A stretch of 63,604 bases of DNA, filler included, from Octopus bimaculoides (GCF_001194135.2; 7 parts of 6 records of this genome joined end to end with filler, not necessarily neighbours in it), one strand, 5' to 3'; counted from the first letter of the whole stretch, positions 49,276-62,858 are shown. Numbers and translations: made by a program. Notes: generated from the letters alone by a model not told the origin.

Positions 49276-49650
49276 TGGAACTCTCGATTTCACTTGCTCC
49301 GGCTAATTCTGTAAAAGCAGACAACCTGTTGTCAAGGGTCACCCACGATATTTAACATCCGAATGCCGATCTCAAGATCCTCACTGCTCCCAATCCAATG
49401 AAGTAGTTTTCTATGAAATTGCCGACTCACCGCTGGCAAGATCGTTAGCACACAATGCATGCCGGCATTTCGTCCCTGCTTACGTTCTGAGTTCAAATTG
49501 CGCCGAGGTCGACTTTGCCTTTCATCTTTTAAGGATCGATAAAATAAGTAGCAATTGAGTACTGGGGTCCATGTAATCGACCAGCCCCCTTCCCCAATTC
49601 TCTAGACCTTGTGCCTATAGTAGAAGGGATTCTTCTTCTTCTTCTTCTTC

Positions 49651-49684
<34 letters not shown>

Positions 49685-49685
<1 letters not shown>

Positions 49686-49870
49686 GACGCCGCACAGTAT
49701 GCAATATCGTGAGGTTGTTCATTGAGAATATTGTATCGACCGAGGGTTTGTACTCTTTATCAAGTCACAACAGGGACCTCAGACAGACAGTACTTTACGC
49801 AATATACGTGCAGTTTCCAATTAATGCCGACTTTTGCAATACATCTAGATTGTAGGGTATTTCTAAGATT
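49685..49870 (-). mobile_element. R4/Dong-type 3' end (assembly duplicate at 50025-50210)
   Basis: ILEIPYNLDVLQKSALIG/TARILRKVLSV*; flanked on both sides by (TAA)n. Confidence 0.88.
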
Positions 49871-49878
49871 TATTATCA

Positions 49879-49925
<47 letters not shown>

Positions 49926-50218
49926 GCCTTTGCACAGCTTCTGATGCTGGAGATTGCTACGGTGTCAGCTGTTCACTACCAGTGANNNNNNNNNNATTAT
50001 TATTATTATTATTATTATTATTATAGACGCCGCACAGTATGCAATATCGTGAGGTTGTTCATTGAGAATATTGTATCGACCGAGGGTTTGTACTCTTTAT
50101 CAAGTCACAACAGGGACCTCAGACAGACAGTACTTTACGCAATATACGTGCAGTTTCCAATTAATGCCGACTTTTGCAATACATCTAGATTGTAGGGTAT
50201 TTCTAAGATTTATTATCA

Positions 50219-50264
<46 letters not shown>

Positions 50265-50265
<1 letters not shown>

Positions 50266-50448
50266 GCCTTTGCACAGCTTCTGATGCTGGAGATTGCTAC
50301 GGTGTCAGCTGTTCACTACCAGTGAACTAAGGTAACACCCCTTATTTTTCGAGCACCTTCTGGAGTATTCGAGCAGTTCCAAGCAGTGCTGTTTTCTGCA
50401 AGTGCTCCACCCTTATTGCAACCCCTATTTGTTCCATGTATTTCTCAA
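50265..50448 (-). mobile_element. R4/Dong-type 3' end
   Basis: EKYMEQIGVAIRVEHLQKTALLGTARILQKVLEK* (stop 50342-50344); 3' end abuts (TAA)n. Confidence 0.9.
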
Positions 50449-52063
50449 TATTTTTGTGGTATAATCACAGAAAACATGGAGCAGTTTTTCCGTTTCTTTA
50501 CATCCTCAGTTCAAACTCCAATGATATTAACTTTATCTTTCATCTTTTTTTAAGGGTGATAAAAATATACACTACTCCTATACCGGATTCAGATAATCCA
50601 TCCTCTCAAAATTGTTTGTCTTATGCATAAATCAGAAAGAATTAGAGAACATAATGGCGATGGATTTGCACAAACGTTTCAGAATCCAAAATAAATACCT
50701 TGCAATATTTGTTCTGCCAGGACTTGATAATTTGTTGTGTAATAGCTTGAATAATTATCTAATTACACTCGCTAACTTTAAAATTTCCCTTGATGTTAAA
50801 ATAAAATTTTGATCTTATTATTTCAGTACTCTTATGACGGTATATAAATACCAGTCATATATTGGTGTCGATATAGCTGACTGCACTCCCTTCCTACATA
50901 AATATATTGAAACCTCGTCCCAATCTTAGAAACCATAGTTATTATTAGTAATCGGCGTTTTGAGCTCAAATTCCGCCGTGGTCTACTTTGTTTTTTATCA
51001 TTTCGGGGATTGATCATATAAGTACCAGTCAAGTACTGAGGTCGATGCAATCGACTTCCTCCTCCCCTTAGAAATTGCTGGCCCTGTGCCAGAATTTGAA
51101 GCCATTATTAATTATTATTAAGCCAGCAAGCTGGCAGAATCATTAGCACGCCGAGCAAAATGCTTAGCGGCATTTCGTCTGTCTTTACGTTCTGAGTTCA
51201 AACCCCACCGGGATCGACTTTGCTTTTTATTCTTTCGGGGTCGATAAAATAAATACCAGTTGACTTACCCCCGTCTCCTAAACCGAAATTGCTGGCCTTG
51301 TATCAAAATTTGAAACCGTAGATTGATCGATATGCGATAAACTAAACACCTCTTTAATTCTGAAAATGCCAACGTTATATTGCTTTTGGTAAAACTTCAT
51401 TACTCTTAGCACTAAGTTCTTTAAATATTCTTCCCATTTTCTCATAATTTCTTTTATGTATTTTTTTTTCTCTTCGTATTCAGTCCAGCATTACCGGTCA
51501 TTCCCTCTGGTGGTGGTGGTCGTCGTCGTGGTGGGGGATATTGATAAACACCTTCCGTACACACTGAGATCGATGATTCAATCAACAATTCTCTTTCTCT
51601 GCTAAATGTGTGGCCTGATGCCAGTTTTACCAATTTATTGTTTTACATATCATTAGAGTCGGGCCAAAATTATTAAGGAATATATTTTACAACATGGATA
51701 ACAAACGTTCTACTTTGCCGACAGAAATTCCTAACTTGAAAAAAATTCTCTGAGTAATCAGTCATACGTTTGCGACAGCGGTCTTATTTATATTGTTGTT
51801 GTTGTTGTTTTGGTTCTTCCATACAAGCCTGCCAAGTCCACCTTGTTTAAGAATCTGTGATTCAAAGTATGTGAAATGTGACTGTCACATGTAATTTGGG
51901 ACTGAATTATACACTGAGTGTCTTCTCAATTTTTAGTAGTATTTGTTGAAGATGCGGTTTCTACTTTTAGCGGGGCCCTTTCTTATGTTGCCCGCCCCAT
52001 ACCGGTATTCTCTGAAGATAAACATTTTACAACACTACAATGATCAGTCTGAAAAAAGTTCCG

Positions 52064-52106
<43 letters not shown>

Positions 52107-52597
52107 GATGATGATGAGGAGGAGGAGGAGGAGGAGGAGAAGGAGGACGACGACGACGACGACGACGACGAAGGGTGATTAAGACGACGGCGATGATGAC
52201 AAGTGGCCCAGTCGGTGTGAGAGTGCTGGAATTTATTTTTAGAGACACACATGCTGTCTAGGATCTAAAACCATATTTTCGCACTGATTTCACGCCAAAC
52301 ACTTTTAATTCTTGGAATCACATGGTACATCTTGCAACACTGGTCAGCCATTCCCCCCTTTTTTTGGTGGGTGGGGGGGCATTGCCTGATATGTCCTTAT
52401 TGGTGTTCTTTCTCCTTTTCATTGATGTAAACCCAACACTTTTTTGTTTGTTGCAAATCGTCCTTTCATGTTGCTCTAAATGTCTTGAGCACCATATCAT
52501 CATCATCATCACCATCATCATCATCATTATCATCATCATTATTATTATTATCATTATTATTATTATTATCATTATTATTATTATTATCCTTATTATT

Positions 52598-53640
52598 AAG
52601 TCGGCGAGATGGCAGAAACGTTAGCTCGCCGGGAAATGCTTAGCAGTATTTCGTCTGTCGCTTCGTTCTGAGTTCAAATTCCGCCGAGGTCGACTTTGCC
52701 TTTTACTATTTCGGGGTCGATAAAATAATTACCAGTGAAACACTGAGGGAGGGAGGTCGATGTAATCGACTTAGACCTTCCCTCAAACCCAAATGGCTGC
52801 CTTTGTGGCAAACTTTCACAGACTCGTTAGTACACCGGGCAAAATGCTTAACGGTATTTCTTCCGGCTTTAAATTCTGAGTTCGAATTCCGCCAAGGTTG
52901 ACTATGCCTTTCTTTTTTTTTTTTTTAATGGTGGAGTCGATGAAAACTCACGAGTTGATCACTGGGATCGCTGTAATCGACTTACCATTCGCCAAAAGTT
53001 TCAGGTTTTTATCTATAGTAGAAAGTCTTATTAAGAGGCGGTGAGCTGGCAGAAACGTTAGCACGCCGGGTGAAATGCCTATCGGTATTCCACCTGTCCT
53101 TATGTTCTGAGTTCATATTCCACCGAGGTCGACTTTGCCAATCATCCTTTCTGGGTCGATAAATTAAGGACTAGAGAAAAACTGGGCTCGATGTAATTGA
53201 CTAGTCCCCTTCACTAAAATTTCAGGTCTTGTGCTTATAGTAAGAAAGGATTATTATTATCATTATTATTATTATTATTGAGTTCAAATTCCGCCGGGGG
53301 TCGACTTTGCCTTTCATCCTTTCGGGGTCGATTAAATAAGTACCAGTTACACTCTGGGGTTGAGATAATCGACTTAATCCCATTCCCCAAATTTCAGACT
53401 TTTGCTTCCACTAGAAAGAATCATTATTACCACCATCATCATCATTATTATTATTGTTTTTATTATTATTTGCCGAATTGTTAGAGTACCGGACAAAATG
53501 TTTAGCGGCGTTCTCGTCGACTCTTCACCTTCCGAGTTCAAATGCCGCCGAGGTAGACATTCCCATTCATTCTTTCGGTTTTTGATAAAAAAAAAAAAAT
53601 AAGAACCAGTCGAACAACTGGAATCGAAAGTATCAACTAA
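52598..53640 (+). mobile_element. Head-to-tail array of about five second-family SINEs
   Basis: Repeated gagttc(a/g)aattccgccgaggtcgac units separated by short (ATT)n/(ATC)n tails. Confidence 0.85.
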
Positions 53641-54668
53641 AGTCCGACTTTCGGATTTACTACCGCTGGGTCCTTATTAGAAGGAACTATTATTGTGACG
53701 ATATTGGGTCCGCGTTTGTGGTACAGGCGTACGCATATTACACTAGAAATGCCAATGAAGCGAACAATATTAAATATTTTCTATTTTCNNNNNNNNNNNN
53801 NNNNNNNNNNNNNNNNNNNNNNNNNNNNNNNNNNNNNNNNNNNNNNNNNNNNNNNNNNNNNNNNNNNNNNNNNNNNNNNNNNNNNNNNNNNNNNNNNNNN
53901 NNNNNNNNNNNNNNNNNNNNNNNNNNNNNNNNNNNNNNNNNNNNNNNNNNNNNNNNNNNNNNNNNNNNNNNNNNNNNNNNNNNNNNNNNNNNNNNNNNNN
54001 NNNNNNNNNNNNNNNNNNNNNNNNNNNNNNNNNNNNNNNNNNNNNNNNNNNNNNNNNNNNNNNNNNNNNNNNNNNNNNNNNNNNNNNNNNNNNNNNNNNN
54101 NNNNNNNNNNNNNNNNNNNNNNNNNNNNNNNNNNNNNNNNNNNNNNNNNNNNNNNNNNNNNNNNNNNNNNNNNNNNNNNNNNNNNNNNNNNNNNNNNNNN
54201 NNNNNNNNNNNNNNNNNNNNNNNNNNNNNNNNNNNNNNNNNNNNNNNNNNNNNNNNNNNNNNNNNNNNNNNNNNNNNNNNNNNNNNNNNNNNNNNNNNNN
54301 NNNNNNNNNNNNNNNNNNNNNNNNNNNNNNNNNNNNNNNNNNNNNNNNNNNNNNNNNNNNNNNNNNNNNNNNNNNNNNNNNNNNNNNNNNNNNNNNNNNN
54401 NNNNNNNNNNNNNNNNNNNNNNNNNNNNNNNNNNNNNNNNNNNNNNNNNNNNNNNNNNNNNNNNNNNNNNNNNNNNNNNNNNNNNNNNNNNNNNNNNNNN
54501 NNNNNNNNNNNNNNNNNNNNNNNNNNNNNNNNNNNNNNNNNNNNNNNNNNNNNNNNNNNNNNNNNNNNNNNNNNNATATATATAACATACACACATATAG
54601 ATATATGCACATATATATACATATACGTATATGTGTGCATGTGTGTGTGTGCGGGTATAAATATATAT

Positions 54669-54714
<46 letters not shown>

Positions 54715-55274
54715 ACACATATATATATATATATATATATGTACATATATGTGCATATATGTATGTATAATATTGTTTAATAATGACTGTGTTTAGCAAT
54801 AAGTAGAGCAATGCTCGCATTCCCACAAACCGCTACAACTTGTTACTCGCTGTGTGAGGACAGACCTAGTATTCCATCGTCGTCTGGATCGGCCGCAGTA
54901 AATATACATCATTGGTAGCATTTCATTTGTCAAAACTGGAATCATAAATTGCCAAAGTGAGCCCCAGCTGGATTGGAGCTTTTATCTCAGACAGGGCACT
55001 TTGGGTCTGCCTTGTACGTTGTATAGCAACATCGAATATTCATAATAATAATAATAATAATAATAATCCTTGGTAATGTTGGTACAAGGCTAGCAATTTT
55101 GAGAGGAAGGGCTCATCGATCTCATAGACCCCCCACACCCCACACCCCAGACCTCGGCGTGTACTTTATCTTCCCCCATGACAGGATGCAGGGCAAAGTC
55201 GAACTCAGAAAATAAATGATAATGCAGCTAAAGGGTTTTGCCGATGCGCTAGCGATTTTCCCAGCCTCATGGTG

Positions 55275-55348
<74 letters not shown>

Positions 55349-55479
55349 GGAGGAGGTGGTGGTGGTGGAAGAGGAGGAAGTTGGTGATGATGATGATGGT
55401 GGTTTATGTTATTGGGCACAAGGACGGATGACGGTGGGGACAGTACGGAGATGAAATGGAAGGGAAAAACAACTGCTAC

Positions 55480-55518
<39 letters not shown>

Positions 55519-56092
55519 CAGCAAAATTGGTTGATGTAGATGATTTTTTTTGGGGGGGTGGCTGAGTATTCCTGCGGATAATTTACACTCCCGAATTTTC
55601 TTTTCATTTCATTGCAGATGTTGTTATTGTGGAAATTGTAGCGTGGTGGTAGTGGTAGTGGTTGCGGCGNNNNNNNNNNNNNNNNNNNNNNNNNNNNNNN
55701 NNNNNNNNNNNNNNNNNNNNNNNNNNNNNNNNNNNNNNNNNNNNNNNNNNNNNNNNNNNNNNNNNNNNNNNNNNNNNNNNNNNNNNNNNNNNNNGGCGGC
55801 GGTGGTGACGGCAGTGGTGGTGTTAGTGGTGGTGTTGGTGGTGGTGGTACTTGTTGCGATTGTAACATATATATATATATATATATATATATGGAAGTAA
55901 CTATGTATGTATATCTATATATATATTATATGCAGATATAAGTCTAAATATTGTATGTATATGTCTATGTGTGTACAATTGTTTATAATTCGTATATAAG
56001 TCTTACCTTAAGGTTCTTCTTTGCAAAACACACCAACTGTTGAAATTCTCTGCCTTTCCGTAAGCAAGACATCAGGTAGGGGAAATCATCGG

Positions 56093-56132
<40 letters not shown>

Positions 56133-56471
56133 TAATAATAACCGAAGCAATAGGGAACGAAAATTCACGTATAATATGTAATATTTTCCGAAGCCGTCTC
56201 ACTTCCTGATGCCAATACGTAGACACTTACTGTATATATATGCATATATATATATATATGTATATATATATATGTATATATATATATGTATATATGTATA
56301 TATATGTATGTATATATATATACGTATGTCGTATTTTTGTATGTATATATATATATATATATATATAATCTTGAGAGAGTGGTATATATAATTGTTATGT
56401 GTGTGTATATGGTTTATCCGTTCGAGTCAGTTCGTTTGGTTAAGATACCGTTAAATTCTCCTCTCATCCAG

Positions 56472-56628
56472 CGAGGATGTTGTTTCCCATGATGAAGCCG
56501 CGAAACCAACTAATCTTCCAGAGACGGTTCTTCACTGCAGCAGCCACAGCAGCGGAAGCAACACACGGCGCCAGCGGCAGCAGCAGCAGCAACAACAGCA
56601 ACAACAGCAACAACAGCGACAGCAATAG
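56472..56628 (+). CDS. Possible terminal exon with polyQ (EDVVSHDEAAKPTNLPETVLHCSSHSSGSNTRRQRQ...RQQ*)
   Basis: Acceptor ttctcctctcatccag|c; GC-rich unique sequence with mixed CAG/CAA codons; TAG at 56626-56628. A second frame is also open. Confidence 0.35.
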
Positions 56629-56700
56629 ATGCAACCCCGCTGCAGCCTGTTACAGTTGGTGCTTGCTAACTAACAAGACCTTGGTAGCAGCAGTAGCAGC

Positions 56701-56752
<52 letters not shown>

Positions 56753-56912
56753 AGATTATCAATATTTGTAGTCCGAGCGGTAATAAGCGACTCACTCGGA
56801 GAGGTAAGCCCTCCCCGCCACCAACACCACCACCACCACCACCATCACTACCACTACCTCCACCACCACCAGCGTCGCACCATCACACCACTCTCCCGCA
56901 CCCATACACACC

Positions 56913-57012
56913 NNNNNNNNNNNNNNNNNNNNNNNNNNNNNNNNNNNNNNNNNNNNTTAATTAATTAANNNNNNNNNNNNNNNNNNNNNNNNNNNNNNNN
57001 NNNNNNNNNNNN
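56913..57012. other. Artificial 100-bp scaffold spacer
   Basis: N44-TTAATTAATTAA-N44. Confidence 0.95.
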
Positions 57013-57288
57013 AAGAACGCCTTCTACTATATCTCTTCCTCTCTCTCTCTCTCTTTCACACATACACTACACACACACACTCCGCTACATTCTCGTTGCG
57101 TATACACATATATATCAAGAATACAAATAATATATGCCTCCCTAATATATCTGTAAACTCTACCTATGCCCCCGTTATATACCCGTTTCTTTTTTTGTAC
57201 CCTTCTTTCTCTATTAGTATTGAGATACATACACATACCCGTAAAACTAAACACACACACATACATAATGTACATAGAGACGTTTATC

Positions 57289-57326
<38 letters not shown>

Positions 57327-57457
57327 GTATGATATATACGTATATGTGCGTCTGTGTGCATATACAATATTAACACACTTGCCTCGGAACAGTATTGCCA
57401 GTTTTTATTTCTTCCTTTTTTCCTCACCCTCTCTCTCTCTTTCTCCCTATCTCTACA

Positions 57458-57508
<51 letters not shown>

Positions 57509-57699
57509 TTATCTATCTATCTGTCTATCTATTTATCTATCTATCTCACTAAATAGGGATGTGTGTTTATATAAACATATATATATATGCGTGTGTATGT
57601 GTTTGCGTATATTATATGGATATGCATACATATATATAGACATGCATATATTTATATATGTATATATAGAGAGACATACATATACATATATATACAATC

Positions 57700-57736
<37 letters not shown>

Positions 57737-57873
57737 ATATATATATATAACAGGCACCTCACAACTTTGCCACCAACCGAAGCAGCATCAGTTCCACAAA
57801 TCATATACTCTCTATCAGCCTATTCTTACATACATATATGTATAGATATATATATATTTACACACACACACGC

Positions 57874-57909
<36 letters not shown>

Positions 57910-58686
57910 NNNNNNNNNNNNNNNNNNNNNNNNNNNNNNNNNNNNNNNNNNNNNNNNNNNNNNNNNNNNNNNNNNNNNNNNNNNNNNNNNNNNNNNNNNN
58001 NNNNNNNNNNNNNNNNNNNNNNNNNNNNNNNNNNNNNNNNNNNNNNNNNNNNNNNNNNNNNNNNNNNNNNNNNNNNNNNNNNNNNNNNNNNNNNNNNNNN
58101 NNNNNNNNNNNNNNNNNNNNNNNNNNNNNNNNNNNNNNNNNNNNNNNNNNNNNNNNNNNNNNNNNNNNNNNNNNNNNNNNNNNNNNNNNNNNNNNNNNNN
58201 NNNNNNNNNNNNNNNNNNNNNNNNNNNNNNNNNNNNNNNNNNNNNNNNNNNNNNNNNNNNNNNNNNNNNNNNNNNNNNNNNNNNNNNNNNNNNNNNNNNN
58301 NNNNNNNNNNNNNNNNNNNNNNNNNNNNNNNNNNNNNNNNNNNNNNNNNNNNNNNNNNNNNNNNNNNNNNNNNNNNNNNNNNNNNNNNNNNNNNNNNNNN
58401 NNNNNNNNNNNNNNNNNNNNNNNNNNNNNNNNNNNNNNNNNNNNNNNNNNNNNNNNNNNNNNNNNNNNNNNNNNNNNNNNNNNNNNNNNNNNNNNNNNNN
58501 NNNNNNNNNNNNNNNNNNNNNNNNNNNNNNNNNNNNNNNNNNNNNNNNNNNNNNNNNNNNNNNNNNNNNNNNNNNNNNNNNNNNNNNNNNNNNNNNNNNN
58601 NNNNNNNNNNNNNNNNNNNNNNNNNNNNNNNNNNNNNNNNNNNNNNNNNNNNNNNNNNTTTTCTCTTTTACTCTTTCTTTCTCTCA

Positions 58687-58721
<35 letters not shown>

Positions 58722-59535
58722 GTTCTTTCTGCAAACCTTCATACTGACATCAACAATAATACCGTTAATACGACCACAAATCGCACACTCTCCTCCGCAT
58801 ACAAGTACACACACAAACACAGACACACCCACACACACACACAGTCCTGCTCTTTCTCTCTCTATCTATCCCTATCTCTCTTTCTCTCTCTGTCTTTCTC
58901 TCTCTATCTATCCCTATCTCTGTTTCTCTCTCTGTCTTTCTCTCTCTGTCTTTCTCTCTCTGTCTTTCTCTCTCTGTTTTTCTCTCTCTGTCTCTGTCTC
59001 TCTGTCTCCCTCTCTGTCTCTCCCTCTCTGTCTCTCTCTCTATGTCTCTCTCCCTATGTCTCTTTCTCTATGTCTCTGTCTCACTCTCTGTCTATCTCTC
59101 CTCCTCTCTTTCTCTCACCCTCTCTTTCCCTCTTTCTCTCTTTCCCTCTCCCCTCTCTCTCTCCCCCTCTCACTCTCTCCCTCATTCTGCAAACATTTCA
59201 ATAAAAGCTGGCTCGCTGCGATTATTTGCTGTTAATGTGTAATAAAGAACACGTTAAAAGGCAATATTCGCCGAGGTTTTCAATACATTGATTACACAGA
59301 CGCACAGACAGACACAAAAACGAACACCCACACACATATACGGCCACATGTATACACACATGCTCGTAGACACACTGAAACATACACACACACACATACA
59401 CACGAGCGAGTACAAACAAAAACCAATCACGCAAACATACGATAGCGCGTACACACACATACACACACACACATACTAACGGGAAAAGGATACACACAAT
59501 TGTCTGTGCGTCCATAGTCTTGTGTGTATATTTGG

Positions 59536-59578
<43 letters not shown>

Positions 59579-59761
59579 AGTGTGCGAGTGTGTGTGTACG
59601 TATGAGTGTGAGTGTGTATGTGTTCACAGGGTCACGCTCACCGCAGAGGCACGCATGCAGACACGGCGAAAAGATGGAGAGAATGGAAGATATTTTGAGT
59701 AATTTATACAGACATATATAGGACTAAAAATATATATACGTATATATACATATACATATAT

Positions 59762-59861
59762 NNNNNNNNNNNNNNNNNNNNNNNNNNNNNNNNNNNNNNN
59801 NNNNNTTAATTAATTAANNNNNNNNNNNNNNNNNNNNNNNNNNNNNNNNNNNNNNNNNNNN
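59762..59861. other. Artificial 100-bp scaffold spacer
   Basis: N44-TTAATTAATTAA-N44. Confidence 0.95.
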
Positions 59862-59945
59862 ATATATGTATGTATGTATATATATATATATATATTTGTA
59901 TGTATGTATGTATATTGAGGGATCGAGATAGATAGATAGATAGAC

Positions 59946-59996
<51 letters not shown>

Positions 59997-59997
59997 C

Positions 59998-60035
<38 letters not shown>

Positions 60036-60229
60036 TTAGATAGATAGATAGATACTTAACTCAAAACCACTTGTTTAAAACCTAACTATATATAGATGTC
60101 GTTCCCTCAAAGTAAACCCCTAAATAATTGTTCTACTTGCGTGAAATATCAAACCATCACCGTACACAGGCTTTCAAAAACAGGGCACATTGCTTAAATT
60201 ACTCCTAGGTATACAGTATCTTAAAAGAA

Positions 60230-60680
60230 TATTGATTTCAAATTTTGGTACAAAGCCTGCAATTTCGTGACGAGGGTCAGTCGCTTCCATCGACCCCAGT
60301 ACTCAGCAGGTACTTATTTGATCAACCTCGACGGGTGAAAGGCAAAGTCAATCTCGGCTGAATTCGAACTCAAAACACGAAGACGGATGAAATGCCGCTA
60401 AGTATTTCGCCTTGCATGCTAACGATTCCGCCATGTCGCCGCCCTACAGTTACACAAATTATTGGTTTCAGATTTTGACACAAAGCCAGAAATTTCGGAG
60501 GAGGGGTAAGCCGATGACATCAACCCCACAACTCAATTGATACTTATTTTATTGGTCCCGAAAAGATGAAAGGCAAAGTCCACCTTGGCAGTACTTGACC
60601 TCTGAACGTAAAGAGGGACGAAATGCTGCTAAGTATTTCGCCCGGCGTGCTAACGATTCTGCCAGCTCGCCGCCCTGCAG
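60230..60680 (-). mobile_element. Two tandem second-family SINEs
   Basis: Two copies of tgaaaggcaaagtc...gctaacgattc(c/t)gcca...tcgccgccct. Confidence 0.85.
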
Positions 60681-61953
60681 ATACACAGAATATTAACAGC
60701 TGGACCTAGTTTTATCTTGGCTCTGCTGGATCAGGACTGAACATGTATTCAACAACTCAGACATTCATAAACTCAGGGATCGTTATTGTTTCGGTCTAGT
60801 TTGCTCATATTGCGCTTCCTGGTGGTTGACCCACACACATTCTCTCCATCACAGAGTATATATCTCATATCTGTTACCTATTCGGATGCAACTGCCGCTT
60901 GGTGTTTACTTAATCCTTCCCTCGAAGCGAAATTTGCTTCAAGGAATCAAGAATTTGTATGGCGTTTAGTTGTTTAGTAGACCTTTTTTTCGTAATTGTT
61001 TTCCATATCTATTCCATACCACAGGCAACCGAGTTATTCCTAATAGTTTATTAATGGTTGATATACATATATACATATTCATGTGTGTGTACGTATGTCT
61101 GTGTGGTCGTCGAAGAATCCATAAACCATTAAAAATAGGCGTTCGTATTTTTGTCAATATTTCCATGTCGGACACTCCGACGGGTGCAGTTGTTAGATAA
61201 CAGCCTCATTATCTAGTATCCGGTGCGAAACCGATTAATAAGATTGAGTGTAATGGATCGATACAGCTTTATATACTTTGATTAATAGATATATAGGCAG
61301 ATAGATAAAGACGCGTGGTCAACGAGCCAGGGTGTTGAACTTCCGGTCGGTGCGTTGTGGGACTGAGCAAAACACTTAATTTCACCTTCTTCTAGTCCAC
61401 TCAGCTGTAAATAAGTGGCCTTTGGAGCGACTGGCGTTACGTTTTGGGGTATATTGGCCAGTCCAAACAGTGGGGGTAGAATCATTTGAATGAAAGAAAG
61501 CGCATTGTGACCAACGGTGTATAACAACATCCGAGAAACTGGTCACTACGGCAATACAGAGATATATACACACGCACACACACATACATTAAATATATAT
61601 ATATATATATATATATAAAATCACAGGCATACACATACGTATATGCCAGTTGAATTAAAATTTATCCATGTAGGTTCATATGCGCTTATCTACTCTCTGT
61701 GTGTATGTGTGTGTGTGTGTGTGTGTGCGTGCGTGTGTGTGTGTGTGTGTGCGTGTGTGTGTTTGCATGTGTGTGTGCGTGTATGTGTGTGTGCGTGCGC
61801 ACACATGTAAATAAACTTCATTCTTGCTTCATTAAAAGCGGTTAAGTATTTTAGTCCAATGGGATTTTTATTTTGAATATTTTGAAATATTCCAGTCAGC
61901 CAATTATATGTAGTGGCAGGGCTGGTGTGCGTGCATGCGTGCGTACGTGTGCT

Positions 61954-62053
61954 NNNNNNNNNNNNNNNNNNNNNNNNNNNNNNNNNNNNNNNNNNNNTTA
62001 ATTAATTAANNNNNNNNNNNNNNNNNNNNNNNNNNNNNNNNNNNNNNNNNNNN
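61954..62053. other. Artificial 100-bp scaffold spacer
   Basis: N44-TTAATTAATTAA-N44. Confidence 0.95.
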
Positions 62054-62188
62054 TGTCACTGGCGTTCTTGTGTTTTTAAAAAACATTCTTTGCAGAGAAC
62101 AGTTATTGTTTAGAGAAACTGAAGATATGTCTAGTTCACGCTAGATATGAAACCAATGGTATTTCTCTAAAACTGTTACTTTGTACAT
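62054..62188 (+). repeat. 135-bp direct repeat with 63470-63604
   Basis: Two mismatches seen (ggcg/ggca and gtacat/gcacat). Confidence 0.9.
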
Positions 62189-62569
62189 GCAAATATATAT
62201 ATATATGGCCCAAGTGTCAAAACCATAATGATATTCATGGGGCAGCTGATGATGGAGGTACGTTGGATTGTTGGTATGGCTGTTTTTGTATATGCGGAAT
62301 AGTATTATAACACAACCTTTTGACAAAAGATTCTTCAAAGATTCTTCATTCAACTCAAAATTCTTCCAGGCCCTTCTTGTTTTATCCCAGCTGGACCCAA
62401 GTATTTTCTTCATGCACTATTCTGGGATGATTTTGGAATTGTGAGGAAATTTCGGGAAAATATTTATTCTTGAGAATTGGTGATGTTTCTCAACAAAAAC
62501 ACAAGCATCACTGCTTACATAGACATATATATATGTATACACACACACACAAATATATATATACATAAA

Positions 62570-62607
<38 letters not shown>

Positions 62608-62823
62608 NNNNNNNNNNCTATCTATCTATCTATTTATCTATCTATCTGTCTATCTGTCTGCCTTTCTGTCTGTCTATCAACCTATCTTCAGCTTGTGTAT
62701 ATATGTATATATGCATGCATATGTATACATATACATGCATACATGCATATATATATATACATATATATATATATACATACACACACACACATATACATAC
62801 ATATATACATACGTATGTACATG

Positions 62824-62858
<35 letters not shown>

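Noticed and set aside
49660-50330. 340-bp tandem duplication
   Set aside because: Apparently identical copies flank a 10-N gap, which points to unmerged contig overlap. The same applies at 49083-49200 and about 62830-63010. Counted once.
51484-51610. Exon after a strong acceptor at 51483
   Set aside because: All three frames give low-complexity or quickly terminating peptides and no partner donor is evident. It could be UTR.
56007-56036. Minus-strand microexon LVCFAKKNLK with aag|gtaaga donor
   Set aside because: Weak acceptor and no other minus-strand exons support a gene.
62141-62413. Minus-strand 90-aa ORF (MKKILGSSWDKTRRAWKNF...)
   Set aside because: No recognisable domain or clear splice boundaries, and it runs into (TA)n.
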